From NCBI RefSeq assembly GCF_003790525.1, contig NZ_CP033635.1: DNA of 64,000 nucleotides; one strand, written 5' to 3'. How positions within the stretch are numbered: the stretch's first letter is position 1; every line of letters starts with the position of its first letter. The notes below the pieces were generated by a model that was not told where the DNA came from, did no database searches, and worked only from the letters and a program-made list of their open reading frames with translations. Origin of the DNA: Escherichia coli (GTDB taxonomy: Bacteria; Pseudomonadota; Gammaproteobacteria; Enterobacterales; Enterobacteriaceae). Positions 28,013 to 39,060 of this stretch are shown here, one piece after another. Position numbers and translations under genes: made by a program.

Positions 28013-29464
28013 ATGGAGTCATCCTTACGTATTGTCGCGATCACCAACTGCCCCGCCGGGATCGCTCACACCTACATGGTGGCGGAAGCCCTGGAACAGA
28101 AAGCCCGTTCTCTCGGTCATACCATTAAAGTTGAAACTCAAGGATCAAGCGGCATCGAAAACCGCTTATCCAGCGAAGAGATTGCCGCTGCCGATTACGT
28201 GATTCTCGCTACCGGGCGTGGCCTGAGCGGTGATGATCGCGCGCGATTTGCCGGGAAAAAGGTTTATGAGATTGCCATCTCCCAGGCGCTGAAAAATATC
28301 GACCAGATTTTCAGTGAATTACCGACAAACTCGCAGCTTTTTGCCGCAGATAGCGGCGTGAAGCTCGGCAAACAGGAAGTGCAAAGTGGCAGCGTAATGA
28401 GCCATCTGATGGCGGGTGTTTCTGCGGCGCTGCCGTTTGTCATCGGTGGCGGTATCCTGGTGGCGCTTGCCAACATGCTGGTGCAGTTCGGTTTGCCGTA
28501 TACCGATATGTCGAAAGGCGCGCCGTCGTTTACCTGGGTGGTGGAATCCATCGGTTATCTCGGCTTCACCTTTATGATCCCCATCATGGGCGCTTATATT
28601 GCCTCGTCGATTGCCGATAAACCGGCTTTCGCTCCGGCGTTTCTGGTTTGCTATCTGGCGAATGACAAAGCCCTGCTCGGCACCCAGTCTGGCGCGGGCT
28701 TCCTCGGTGCGGTGGTGCTGGGGCTGGCGATTGGCTATTTCGTCTTCTGGTTCCGTAAAGTGCGCCTTGGCAAAGCATTACAACCGCTGCTCGGTTCCAT
28801 GCTGATCCCGTTCGTTACTCTGCTGGTTTTTGGCGTACTGACTTACTACGTTATCGGACCGGTGATGTCCGACCTCATGGGCGGGTTGCTGCACTTCCTG
28901 AACACCATTCCTCCGTCAATGAAGTTTGCGGCGGCGTTTCTGGTTGGTGCGATGCTGGCATTCGATATGGGCGGCCCCATCAACAAAACCGCCTGGTTCT
29001 TCTGCTTCTCTCTGCTGGAAAAACACATTTACGACTGGTACGCCATCGTCGGCGTTGTCGCGCTGATGCCGCCTGTCGCGGCGGGTCTTGCGACGTTCAT
29101 TGCGCCCAAACTGTTTACTCAACAGGAAAAAGAAGCCGCCAGTAGCGCCATTGTGGTCGGTGCCACGGTCGCGACCGAACCGGCTATTCCTTACGCTCTG
29201 GCGGCACCACTGCCAATGATCACCGCCAATACGCTGGCGGGCGGCATTACCGGCGTGCTGGTGATCGCTTTCGGAATCAAACGACTGGCACCTGGTTTGG
29301 GTATCTTTGACCCGCTGATCGGCCTGATGTCGCCGGTAGGTTCGTTTTACCTGGTGCTGGCGATTGGCCTCGCGCTGAACATTTCATTCATTATCGTCCT
29401 GAAAGGATTATGGTTACGCCGCAAAGCCAAAGCTGCGCAACAGGAGCTTGTCCATGAACATTGA
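28013..29464 (+). CDS. frvB: PTS EIIBC component FrvB (483 aa)
   Basis: EIIB motif ITNCPAGIAHTYM plus a polytopic EIIC domain. Confidence 0.9.
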   Translation: MESSLRIVAITNCPAGIAHTYMVAEALEQKARSLGHTIKVETQGSSGIENRLSSEEIAAADYVILATGRGLSGDDRARFAGKKVYEIAISQALKNIDQIFSELPTNSQLFAADSGVKLGKQEVQSGSVMSHLMAGVSAALPFVIGGGILVALANMLVQFGLPYTDMSKGAPSFTWVVESIGYLGFTFMIPIMGAYIASSIADKPAFAPAFLVCYLANDKALLGTQSGAGFLGAVVLGLAIGYFVFWFRKVRLGKALQPLLGSMLIPFVTLLVFGVLTYYVIGPVMSDLMGGLLHFLNTIPPSMKFAAAFLVGAMLAFDMGGPINKTAWFFCFSLLEKHIYDWYAIVGVVALMPPVAAGLATFIAPKLFTQQEKEAASSAIVVGATVATEPAIPYALAAPLPMITANTLAGGITGVLVIAFGIKRLAPGLGIFDPLIGLMSPVGSFYLVLAIGLALNISFIIVLKGLWLRRKAKAAQQELVHEH

Positions 29465-30524
29465 GTTGCTGCAACAGTTGTGCGAAGCCAGCGCCGTCAG
29501 CGGCGATGAACAGGAAGTTCGCGACATTCTGATAAACACGCTGGAACCTTGCGTTAATGAGATCACCTTTGATGGTCTGGGCAGCTTTGTTGCCCGTAAG
29601 GGGAATAAAGGGCCAAAAGTTGCTGTTGTCGGGCATATGGATGAAGTCGGCTTTATGGTCACCCACATCGACAAGAGCGGTTTTCTGCGTTTTACCACCA
29701 TTGGCGGCTGGTGGAATCAGTCGATGCTCAACCACCGGGTAACCATACGGACACACAAGGGAGTGAAAATCCCTGGTGTAATTGGCTCCGTCGCCCCACA
29801 TGCGTTAACCGAAAAGCAAAAGCAACAACCGCTGTCATTTGATGAGATGTTCATTGATATTGGCGCGAACAGTCGCGAAGAGGTGGAAAAACGCGGCGTG
29901 GAAATTGGCAATTTTATTAGCCCGGAAGCCAATTTTGCCTGCTGGGGCGAAGATAAAGTGGTCGGCAAGGCGTTGGATAACCGCATCGGCTGCGCAATGA
30001 TGGCCGAGCTACTACAGACAGTAAATAACCCCGAAATTACGCTTTATGGCGTTGGCAGTGTGGAAGAAGAAGTTGGGCTACGCGGGGCACAAACCTCGGC
30101 TGAACACATTAAACCGGATGTGGTGATCGTGCTGGATACCGCCGTCGCGGGCGATGTTCCGGGCATTGATAACATTAAATACCCGCTGAAACTGGGCCAG
30201 GGGCCGGGGCTGATGCTGTTTGACAAGCGCTACTTCCCCAACCAGAAACTGGTGGCGGCGTTAAAAAACTGTGCCGCACATAACGATTTACCGCTGCAAT
30301 GTTCCACCATGAAAACCGGAGCGACGGATGGCGGGCGCTACAACGTGATGGGCGGCGGGCGTCCAGTTGTCGCGCTGTGTCTGCCAACGCGTTATCTGCA
30401 CGCCAATAGCGGTATGATTTCAAAAGCCGATTACGATGCTCTGCTCACGTTGATAAGGGATTTTCTGACCACCTTAACCGCGGAGAAAGTCAACGCGTTT
30501 AGCCAGTTCCGTCAGGTGGATTAA
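29454..30524 (+). CDS. frvX: M42-family peptidase/cellulase-like FrvX (356 aa)
   Basis: MNIELLQQLCEASAVSGDEQEVR... AGGAG lies 7 nt upstream. Confidence 0.9.
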   Translation: MNIELLQQLCEASAVSGDEQEVRDILINTLEPCVNEITFDGLGSFVARKGNKGPKVAVVGHMDEVGFMVTHIDKSGFLRFTTIGGWWNQSMLNHRVTIRTHKGVKIPGVIGSVAPHALTEKQKQQPLSFDEMFIDIGANSREEVEKRGVEIGNFISPEANFACWGEDKVVGKALDNRIGCAMMAELLQTVNNPEITLYGVGSVEEEVGLRGAQTSAEHIKPDVVIVLDTAVAGDVPGIDNIKYPLKLGQGPGLMLFDKRYFPNQKLVAALKNCAAHNDLPLQCSTMKTGATDGGRYNVMGGGRPVVALCLPTRYLHANSGMISKADYDALLTLIRDFLTTLTAEKVNAFSQFRQVD

Positions 30525-32272
30525 TGCTAAACGAACGCCAGTTAAAGATTGTCGATCTGCTGGAGCAACAGCCACGCACGCCTGGCGAGCTGGCGCAACA
30601 GACTGGCGTTTCCGGCAGGACCATCCTGCGTGATATTGACTATCTCAACTTTACCCTTAACGGCAAAGCCCGCATTTCCGCCAGTGGCAACGCGGGCTAT
30701 CAGCTGGAAATCTTCGAGCGCCGCAGCTTTTTTCAGTTGCTGCAAAAGCACGATAACGACGATCGGCTGCTGGCGCTGTTATTACTGAATACCTTCACTC
30801 CCCGTGCGCAACTCGCCTCGGCGCTTAATTTGCCAGAAACGTGGGTAGCAGAGCGCCTGCCCCGCCTGAAACAGCGCTATGAACGCGGTTTTTGTCTCGC
30901 TAGTCGCCCTGGTTTGGGCCATTTCATTGATGAGACAGAAGAGAAACGCATTATTTTGCTGGCGAATCTTTTACGCAAAGATCCGTTTTTAATTCCGCTG
31001 TCGGGCGTAACACGAGACAATTTTCAACAATTAACCACCGCCTGCGAAAAGCAACGTCGCTGGCCGCTGATGCAAGGCGACTATCTCTCAAGCCTGATTC
31101 TGGCGATTTACGCCCTGCGTAATCAACTGACCGATGAGTGGCCGCAATATCCCGGTGACGAGATAAAACAAATCGTTGAACAGAGCGGCCTGTTTCTTGG
31201 TGATAACGCTGTAAGAACCCTGACAGGTTTGATAGAGAAACAGCATCAGCAAGCGCAGGTAATTTCTGCCGATCATGTGCTGGGGTTGCTGCAAAGGGTG
31301 CCAGGCATCGCGTCATTGAATATTATTGATACGCAGTTGGTTGAGAATATTACCGGGCATTTATTACGTTGCCTTGCCGCACCGGTGTGGATTGCCGAGC
31401 ACCGCCAAAGCAGCATGAATAACCTGAAAGCCGCCTGGCCTGCGGCCTTTGATATGAGTCTGCACTTTATTACGCTACTGCGTGAACAGCTCGATATTCC
31501 CCTTTTCGACAGCGATCTGATCGGTTTGTATTTTGCCTGTGCGCTGGAACGGCATCAAAACGAACGCCAGCCGATCATTTTGCTCTCGGACCAGAACGCG
31601 ATTGCCACCATTAATCAGCTCGCCATTGAGCGCGATGTTTTACATTGTCGGGTGATTATTGCCCGTAGCTTAAGCGAACTTGTTGCCATTCGCGAAGAGA
31701 TTGAGCCGTTATTGATCATTAACAACAGCCATTATTTACTGGATGACGCGGTAAATAATTACATCACCGTAAAAAATATCATTACGGCTGCCGGTATCGA
31801 ACAAATAAAACATTTTCTGGCGACGGCATTTATTCGCCAGCAACCGGAGCGTTTTTTCTCTGCCCCCGGAAGTTTTCATTATTCGAATGTACGCGGTGAA
31901 AGCTGGCAACATATTACCCGGCAAATTTGTGCTCAATTAGTCGCACAACACCATATTACCGCCGATGAAGCGCAACGGATCATCGCCCGCGAAGGCGAAG
32001 GTGAAAACCTGATTGTTAATCGCCTCGCCATCCCACATTGCTGGAGCGAACAGGAGCGACGTTTTCGTGGATTTTTTATTACCCTCGCCCAACCGGTTGA
32101 GGTGAATAACGAAGTAGTTAACCATGTACTGATCGCCTGTGCCGCCGCCGATGCGCGTCATGAGCTAAAAATATTTAGCTATCTGGCAAGCGTATTGTGC
32201 CAGCATCCGGCAGAGGTTATTGCCGGGTTAACAGGATATGAGGCATTTATGGAGTTACTTCACAAGGGGTGA
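30524..32272 (+). CDS. frvR: PRD/HTH-type regulator FrvR
   Basis: 582 aa with an N-terminal HTH (LNERQLKIVDLLEQQPRTPGELAQQTGVSGRTILRDI). frv synteny. Confidence 0.88.
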   Translation: MLNERQLKIVDLLEQQPRTPGELAQQTGVSGRTILRDIDYLNFTLNGKARISASGNAGYQLEIFERRSFFQLLQKHDNDDRLLALLLLNTFTPRAQLASALNLPETWVAERLPRLKQRYERGFCLASRPGLGHFIDETEEKRIILLANLLRKDPFLIPLSGVTRDNFQQLTTACEKQRRWPLMQGDYLSSLILAIYALRNQLTDEWPQYPGDEIKQIVEQSGLFLGDNAVRTLTGLIEKQHQQAQVISADHVLGLLQRVPGIASLNIIDTQLVENITGHLLRCLAAPVWIAEHRQSSMNNLKAAWPAAFDMSLHFITLLREQLDIPLFDSDLIGLYFACALERHQNERQPIILLSDQNAIATINQLAIERDVLHCRVIIARSLSELVAIREEIEPLLIINNSHYLLDDAVNNYITVKNIITAAGIEQIKHFLATAFIRQQPERFFSAPGSFHYSNVRGESWQHITRQICAQLVAQHHITADEAQRIIAREGEGENLIVNRLAIPHCWSEQERRFRGFFITLAQPVEVNNEVVNHVLIACAAADARHELKIFSYLASVLCQHPAEVIAGLTGYEAFMELLHKG

Positions 32273-32275
32273 ACT

Positions 32276-32300
32276 GTGTCGGATGCGCCGCATCCGACAC
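32276..32300. terminator. Hairpin between convergent frvR and yiiG
   Basis: GTGTCGGATGCG / CGCATCCGACAC is a near-perfect palindrome. Confidence 0.5.
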
Positions 32301-32327
32301 TGCATTTATCACCAAAATCAAAAACGT

Positions 32328-33383
32328 TTAACGCAAGCTATTATAGTCATCGACCATTTCGTTGTACTCGCGTAACGCTCGTGGAAATGAGTCGTCGACC
32401 ATCCAGCTTGTGTTTGCATCCTGAAGTTGCTCTTTATCCCAGTCAGAATACGGAACTTTATCTCTGACGCGGCGAACATATTTTTTAGCCTCGAGTTGAT
32501 ACTGGTCTGCCGAATTAATGAACGAGAAATTCATACCGCCTTTATCCGCTTCTTTGGCCTGCGCCACCAGCGTTTCCAGTTCAGACACTTTCTTCATTGC
32601 CGCATCAACATCAAACTTCTCTTGCGATATCAGGTTATTAATTTGTTTCGCTGAAATCATGACTGCCAGAGAATAGTAGTGGAATGTTTTCCCTTCTCTT
32701 TCTTCAATATTTTTCAGTTCCGCAAGCTGACGCTTATCATTAATTTCCTGGATCGCCGCATGATAAGATTCGGCTACAGGTTCAAAGGCTTCCAGATTTT
32801 TTAAGAATGTCTGGTGCAGCGTTTTCCCTTTCGCAAACGCATCGTCTTTATAATTTTCCTGGGTGTAATATTTATCCATTTCGTTAATGGTATTACCCAA
32901 CGCCACGGCAGCATCGATATAACTCACCGCTACGCCATCAATAGGTTGCAGCGCAGGCGTTAACGCCACAGCACTTTTTACGCCTTTTTCACACTCAGCG
33001 AGGCTGGATTCACTAAAGCCGTAGATGCCATAAACAGTACTCTCTTTACCGGTAGGCCCCTGTTTAAAATCTTTCAGCCAGTCAGCATAACGCGCCAGAC
33101 TGCGCTGTACCGGGATCTGTAACTTGTTGTAGCACTTGATATAGACATCCATTTTTTCGTCGAAAACCGCTTGTTCATCGACCACCGGTTGGGCAGGAGT
33201 TTCAGGTTTAACTTCTGCTTTTGCAACGGGAGCTTCAGCAGGTTTCGCTTCAGGAGCTGGTGCGGCAGGTTGACTATTGGCAGGCGGGGGCGTTTCTGTT
33301 TCGGCTTTTTTATCATCACAACCCGTGAGACCGAGGGCCATGATGGCGACTATAATAGCGGAAGATAATAAATTCCTTTTCAT
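32328..33383 (-). CDS. yiiG: Lipoprotein YiiG (DUF3829-like)
   Basis: Lipobox LGLTGC, a Pro/Ala/Glu-rich linker, 351 aa. Confidence 0.85.
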   Translation of the reverse strand: MKRNLLSSAIIVAIMALGLTGCDDKKAETETPPPANSQPAAPAPEAKPAEAPVAKAEVKPETPAQPVVDEQAVFDEKMDVYIKCYNKLQIPVQRSLARYADWLKDFKQGPTGKESTVYGIYGFSESSLAECEKGVKSAVALTPALQPIDGVAVSYIDAAVALGNTINEMDKYYTQENYKDDAFAKGKTLHQTFLKNLEAFEPVAESYHAAIQEINDKRQLAELKNIEEREGKTFHYYSLAVMISAKQINNLISQEKFDVDAAMKKVSELETLVAQAKEADKGGMNFSFINSADQYQLEAKKYVRRVRDKVPYSDWDKEQLQDANTSWMVDDSFPRALREYNEMVDDYNSLR

Positions 33384-33577
33384 TTAATTGCCTTATAAAT
33401 ATTTAGATAAGAGAGATAATATTTTAAATGAAAAAATGATCCGTCACTATACACATTTTGCTTATAAACAAACCGAAATCATTCACACTCCGAATAATTC
33501 CTGCGACTTAAAATATAAATCGCAGGAAGCGATTTTAATTACCCGCTCTACCACTGGCGCAGGATATAAACTCTCAC

Positions 33578-35884
33578 CTACATTCCATAACGTTCAGAAA
33601 TAGCAGCATGCTTCTCTTCATTCGCCCCGGCTTCTTTGGCAAGACGCCACCAGCACAACGGATGTTCCCAGTCAGCGGTCAATTCGTGCAAGGTCTTATC
33701 GATATCACCTTTAGAAACTGAACGCGGCGCGCTGATAACAAAGTAGAACGCGGGCAGCGGCTGTGCATCTTCTCCCTGCTGGCTGTCCGTTAACGTATAG
33801 TCCTCGTTACTGTTGCTCCAGTAGTACCAGTTTCGTTCACGGAGCGCCTCACGGAAGGCATTAAACTGTTCTTCACCAGGCATGACACCTTCGCAGAACC
33901 AGGACTCGCCGTACTCAGTCGGGATAATGGTTTGCAGGCAGGCATAAAGTGGCGTGAAATTCTTCCGTTCTTCCTCATCCTCTGGTTGGGTGTTCAATAT
34001 TTCCGCATCGAATACCACAACTTCATCAACATGTTGCGGATAATCGGTCCGGTAAGTTGGCTCAATGATCCTTGCTGTTACCGGCCCAATACGTTGAGCA
34101 TAGTAATAGCGGTATTCATAATTTTCCCGGAAGCGAATGTTTAGCAGTCCCCATTTTTCGTCGATAAAACCTTCACCTTCCGTAAGTTCGATTTCCAGTT
34201 CAGCTGCAATAGCACGAACCAAATCCCATTGTTGCAGGATGCTGGCGGTCGCCATGATATCCCACTGGATATTACGAATATCTTCTTCACGGCTAATCAT
34301 CAGTTGCTGCAATTGTTGTAAATAATCCAGCTGTCGATCCCAGGCTTCCTGTTTTTGTGCTGCCCAGGAGCACATGCGATAAACGCCGATCCACTCACGC
34401 CCTTTTTCGTTTTGCAGCAACTGGTGCCCAATCGACTCGAGTTCACTCCAGTCTTCCTGTTGGTTGATCACTCGCGCACGGAACCACAAGGCCATATGTA
34501 GCAGCCCCGCCTGTTCATACTGCTTCGCCAGGTGCTCAATGGTTTGCAGATCGTCACGGTGGAGCAATAAATCCAACAGATCGAAGCAAAGACCATTATC
34601 TTCCTGGATGTGGCTTTCGACGTAGCGTTGCAGAAGTTCAATCGACTCATCAATCGCATTACAGGCGTTTAACGCATTGACCAGTTTGCCCAGCAATTCC
34701 GCATCATCTGGCGCGTTCAGGTAAGCGCGGCGGAATGTTTCGACGTCTTTTTCTGGATCTGGCTGCGTTTCTTCATCGCTATTTTCAGGTACTTCTACAA
34801 CCGGACGAGCAAGCAACTCTGCTTCTTTGGCGGCGATTTTTTCACTCAGTTCGAGAAACTCACGATCAACCCCCAGTAACACGCGTAATTTTGGCATGTG
34901 TCGCTGGGCCAGTTTCATCGCTATTTTGGCAACCCAGACGGATTCACGCTCCAGCGCCAGGGTAATTTGCAGTTTCGCCAGATCAACCACTTTGCGGTGC
35001 GCTCCGGCCTGCGAGCGGTGCTCCAGCATTTTTTGGATGATGCGCGCCAGTTGCCAGTTGTTTCTTTGTGGATGACGGGGAAGTAACACAGTAATGATTT
35101 TCAGCCATGACCCCCATGAATGGGGAGTCAGATCTGACCAACGCGGTAATTCCTCCCAGACTTCTTCGTCCTGCCCGCATAACGCCATGATGTACAGTTT
35201 TTTGAGGTGATTACTAATGCGGTCGCGGCCCCAGTAATCATTGGCTTCTGTCAGCTCATCAATCAGTATGCGTGCTTCATCATAACGCTGAAGTTCAATC
35301 AGAATATCGGCACGAGTATAAAGTAATGCATCAATATCATCTTCCCCGGCTGCTTTAACTGCGTCGATTTGTCGATCCAGATAAGCCAGTGCCTCCTCTA
35401 TTCTTTTGGAATCTATCAGTGCACTGGCATATTCAGTGGACAAACACTGAAAACAGCTCCAGGTCGGATCAATCCGCGCGATGGTTTCTTCACATACCGC
35501 CATACGTTCATTCGCCCAGCCAGGTGCATCAATATTTTCGTAGCAGGCGGATAAATCCTGGGTAACGCAGATAGATTGTGGGCAATCTTTTGTCTCTTCC
35601 CGGTGCGCTTTTTCAAACAGCGCTACCACGTCTGGCAGCACCTTTTCACCTTCTTCATAGTTAGTCAGGCGATGACGCATTTCCCAGTGACCAATAAATA
35701 TTTCCAGCCACGGATTTTTTGCCACCTGGGTAAGTGCTTTTACTTCAGGTAACAGCGAATCGCACTTTTCCATTTGCAGGTGCATAACGCCTTCCGAATA
35801 ATCATCGATAAGTTGCGGAATATACTCCTGCCCGGCATCGCGTAACTCCTTAGTATATTTGTGATACCACTCCCATATATCCAT
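33578..35884 (-). CDS. 768-aa helical-repeat protein of unknown function, partner of the Hsp90 paralog
   Basis: Long uninterrupted ORF whose ATG lies 1 nt after the upstream TAA (35882-35888). The sequence is Leu/Glu/Trp-rich and alpha-helical (TPR-like impression), with a Cys cluster CPQSIC...CYE...CEE...CFQC. Confidence 0.6.
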   Translation of the reverse strand: MDIWEWYHKYTKELRDAGQEYIPQLIDDYSEGVMHLQMEKCDSLLPEVKALTQVAKNPWLEIFIGHWEMRHRLTNYEEGEKVLPDVVALFEKAHREETKDCPQSICVTQDLSACYENIDAPGWANERMAVCEETIARIDPTWSCFQCLSTEYASALIDSKRIEEALAYLDRQIDAVKAAGEDDIDALLYTRADILIELQRYDEARILIDELTEANDYWGRDRISNHLKKLYIMALCGQDEEVWEELPRWSDLTPHSWGSWLKIITVLLPRHPQRNNWQLARIIQKMLEHRSQAGAHRKVVDLAKLQITLALERESVWVAKIAMKLAQRHMPKLRVLLGVDREFLELSEKIAAKEAELLARPVVEVPENSDEETQPDPEKDVETFRRAYLNAPDDAELLGKLVNALNACNAIDESIELLQRYVESHIQEDNGLCFDLLDLLLHRDDLQTIEHLAKQYEQAGLLHMALWFRARVINQQEDWSELESIGHQLLQNEKGREWIGVYRMCSWAAQKQEAWDRQLDYLQQLQQLMISREEDIRNIQWDIMATASILQQWDLVRAIAAELEIELTEGEGFIDEKWGLLNIRFRENYEYRYYYAQRIGPVTARIIEPTYRTDYPQHVDEVVVFDAEILNTQPEDEEERKNFTPLYACLQTIIPTEYGESWFCEGVMPGEEQFNAFREALRERNWYYWSNSNEDYTLTDSQQGEDAQPLPAFYFVISAPRSVSKGDIDKTLHELTADWEHPLCWWRLAKEAGANEEKHAAISERYGM

Positions 35885-35885
35885 T

Positions 35886-37721
35886 TTATTTTCCTTGATT
35901 AATTAAGACAGGAATAACCTGAGTAAAATCTTCCAGTGCCTGGTGTAAATCCCACTGCTGTTCTTTATTACCGCTGGAGCACAAAATCACTTTCAGCGAT
36001 TTTAATAAGCGTAATGCCGCTGCGGGCTGTTGCTGGTGTTGTAATGCCGTCACCAGTTGCATGATGCAAGGGTTATTAAGGTTGATGTATAAACTTGAGG
36101 TTTTCGTTTTTTGGATTTGTGAAGTAAATTGCCGCGCCAGCATTAACGCTGCGGTGCTGATGCGTTTATCTGCGTCATCCTGTTCGAGAATTTGTTTTAA
36201 TTCTGCTTCGCGGTCTGGCGTAACCACTAACGGTAAAACGGCGGGTTCGAAGCGGGAGATAATTAATTGCTCGCCATCGCAGAGATGCTCTTCCAGATAA
36301 GCTACCTGCTCTTCGGGTAATTCCGCCAGGCTGAACAACTGCTCATTACCTGTTTGCGTACCGACTTCGACAATCCGGCAGTGATATAACAGCGCCCAGC
36401 GACGTAAAAATGGCACGACGGCATAGCGATCGCCACGGGCAACGGGCCGTTGCAGAATGTGGAACAACATCTCTTCAAAACCGCCGTCGCGGCTTAACAG
36501 AATATGAATGCTGTTATTAACGCGTAAATCCTTCGCCAGCAACGCCCCTTTTGACGTTGGCACCTGCAAGCGATCTTTGAGCAAATCAAACAGACGGTCA
36601 TCACATAATGCCGCACCGAGCAACGCTTCGTTGTGGCGCATTAATACACGCCGCCAGATTTCTGGCTGATTTTGTGCGAGATCGGACAAACCAGAAATCA
36701 GCGCCTCTTTTAACGCCTCCTGCACCGCAACCCAGGTTTCGTCCCGCTGGAGATCTTCCCGGCTCGCCGTAGGCGTTAGTTTCGATGACTCAATCACGCC
36801 GCCAATAAATCCGGCCCAGGGAGGTAACAACTCACGCGCTTCATCATCCAGTAACATACCGCGCAAAAACAGCGACAGGTTGCGGTTATCGCTGGTGCCG
36901 TAGGTTGCGCCATCCTGAATCCATAAAATCCCAACCGCGTCGCTCATCCCCACGGGCACCACCGGAATGGTGCAAATCGGTTCGAAGGAGGATTCAAACT
37001 GGGCGGCAAAGGCGAGATTTTTACGCTGTACCAGCGCGCGGTGCATGGTTACGCCTTCGGGGGCAACTTCACGCCACGGTGGTTGAAGTTTATTTACCGG
37101 CTCGCTGGCATCGCCGACATAGACCGGTTCGTGCAGCAATATACAGTAGCGGGAAAGAACGCGGTTCAGCAAATTGTTACTCGCCAGATGGCTGTACTCT
37201 TCTTTGAGCGTCAGAATCACCTGCGTACCCGTTTCCGAGGACTGATGCGGCGTAACGGTATATTTTTGCCCGTCGGTAGAGTGGTATTTCCAGCTCTGAT
37301 CCGGCGTTTGCCAGGATGTGGTCAACACCGTGACCTCTTTCGCCAACACAAAGGCCGACAAAAAACCGAGGCCGAACATACCAATTAAACCGGTGTTGTC
37401 ATCCTGCTGGCGCAACATTCGGGTATAACCCACGCCTACTGTCGCCAGGAAGCCGTGAATTTCACTTTCTGTCAGTCCAGCGCCAGTATCGCTAATAGTG
37501 ATAGTGGACTTCGCCACGTCTGCCACCACACGAATCGCGTTATCCTTTGGTGCATCGGGCTGCTCAATCCTGCGGCGAACGATCGCATCATGGCCGTTCT
37601 GCACCAGCTCGCGCACGGCAACCACGGGAGTGGAGTAAAGATGCTTACTGAGCACCTCAATTAAGCCGTTTAAATTAACTTCTGTAGAATATGAACTACC
37701 AGGTAACTGTAATGTACTCAT
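35886..37721 (-). CDS. Hsp90/HtpG-family GHKL ATPase paralog (611 aa)
   Basis: Bergerat-fold boxes are present: RELVQNGHDAI (N box, cf. Hsp90 ELISNxSDAL), ISDTGAGLT (G1) and GMFGLGFLSAF (G2, cf. GQFGVGFYSAF). Confidence 0.75.
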   Translation of the reverse strand: MSTLQLPGSSYSTEVNLNGLIEVLSKHLYSTPVVAVRELVQNGHDAIVRRRIEQPDAPKDNAIRVVADVAKSTITISDTGAGLTESEIHGFLATVGVGYTRMLRQQDDNTGLIGMFGLGFLSAFVLAKEVTVLTTSWQTPDQSWKYHSTDGQKYTVTPHQSSETGTQVILTLKEEYSHLASNNLLNRVLSRYCILLHEPVYVGDASEPVNKLQPPWREVAPEGVTMHRALVQRKNLAFAAQFESSFEPICTIPVVPVGMSDAVGILWIQDGATYGTSDNRNLSLFLRGMLLDDEARELLPPWAGFIGGVIESSKLTPTASREDLQRDETWVAVQEALKEALISGLSDLAQNQPEIWRRVLMRHNEALLGAALCDDRLFDLLKDRLQVPTSKGALLAKDLRVNNSIHILLSRDGGFEEMLFHILQRPVARGDRYAVVPFLRRWALLYHCRIVEVGTQTGNEQLFSLAELPEEQVAYLEEHLCDGEQLIISRFEPAVLPLVVTPDREAELKQILEQDDADKRISTAALMLARQFTSQIQKTKTSSLYINLNNPCIMQLVTALQHQQQPAAALRLLKSLKVILCSSGNKEQQWDLHQALEDFTQVIPVLINQGK

Positions 37722-37988
37722 TTTTCAATACTCATAATCCATCACCTACTATTGAAAATACATCGCTGTTTTTACAACCGGTGCAAGGTTTGTTATTTCA
37801 TTCACTCATCGGAAACATTTATTTATTGACGCGATGATTAAAACAAAATGTCTTATATAAATAATGATTAATTCTTAAAGGATTAATGCGACTGGAGTAT
37901 ATCGATATAACCCGGAGTTAACGAGATAATTTCTTGTGGTGAAATTATTATTTGAATGCTGAATAATATATTGAGGATTATTTAATAG

Positions 37989-38024
37989 AAAAATAAAACC
38001 GCAATCCAGAATCAGAATTGCGGT
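37989..38024 (-). terminator. fdhD Rho-independent terminator
   Basis: On the minus strand, ACCGCAAT pairs with ATTGCGGT (38024-37998), followed by TTTATTTTT. Confidence 0.8.
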
Positions 38025-38030
38025 ATTTCT

Positions 38031-38867
38031 TTAATTATGAATCAAACGCTGCGGATGGGTATAAACCGTTGCCCGACCCGGTTTACAAAAACCTACCAGT
38101 GTCAGATTACAGCGCTCAGCCACTTCTACAGCAAGCGTGGTCGCGGCAGACACCGCAAACAAAATCTCTACGCCGCACATCGCTGACTTTTGCACCATTT
38201 CATAACTGGCACGGCTGGAAACCAGCACCGCACCTTGCTGCCAGCTTTCCCCTTCTTGTGACCGGCGGCCTAACAGTTTGTCCAGCGCCACATGGCGACC
38301 CACGTCTTCATGCCCGCCGACCAGTTCGCCAGATGGCAACATCCAGGCGGCGGCGTGAGTACAACCGGTCAGTTGCCCCACTGGCTGAAAATCATTGAGA
38401 TGACGTAATGCATCATCCAGTTTGTTGAGATCAAACGTCTGGGTGAACGGTAGCGGCTGCACCGGTTTTCCGATGTCATTAAGTTGCTCCACGCCGCACA
38501 CGCCACATCCCGTACGTCCCGCCAGTGCCCGGCGACGCTCCTTCAACCCCATAAAGCGGCGGCTGGAAAGCTCAATTTGCACTTCCAGACCATTACAGGA
38601 AGGAACGACATCCATACCGAAGATATCGCGCGGACTTTCGATAATCCCCTCGGAAAGCGAAAAACCGAGCGCAAAGTACTCAAGGTCTTTGGGTGACGCC
38701 ATCATCACTACATGCGAAATGCCGTTGTAGACCAGCGCAACGGGAACCTCTTCCGCCACCTCATCTAACCGTGGGTGTTGTAAATCATCACGCCGCCATA
38801 ACTCAATTTGACGAACACCTGTGACACTTGTCACATTTTCGATTTCTTTTTGCTGTGTTTTTTTCAC
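38031..38867 (-). CDS. fdhD: Formate dehydrogenase sulfurtransferase/accessory protein FdhD
   Basis: [13 protein letters not shown]...GRTGCGVCG motif. Divergent from fdoG. Confidence 0.95.
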   Translation of the reverse strand: MKKTQQKEIENVTSVTGVRQIELWRRDDLQHPRLDEVAEEVPVALVYNGISHVVMMASPKDLEYFALGFSLSEGIIESPRDIFGMDVVPSCNGLEVQIELSSRRFMGLKERRRALAGRTGCGVCGVEQLNDIGKPVQPLPFTQTFDLNKLDDALRHLNDFQPVGQLTGCTHAAAWMLPSGELVGGHEDVGRHVALDKLLGRRSQEGESWQQGAVLVSSRASYEMVQKSAMCGVEILFAVSAATTLAVEVAERCNLTLVGFCKPGRATVYTHPQRLIHN

Positions 38868-39060
38868 TTTCTCTTAACCAGATAAGAACACACACACCAA
38901 CATTATGGTATTCTGTTACAAACCCTTCCTGGATGGAGGGAAATTGAGCCAATTCTGGACCTTTGCGGCCCCTTCCGCAAAGAAAAATAACTCCCACTCC
39001 CTGCACACGCAGCAAGCGAATGTAAATGGGACGTGACAATGTCGAAACAAGGAGCAATCC

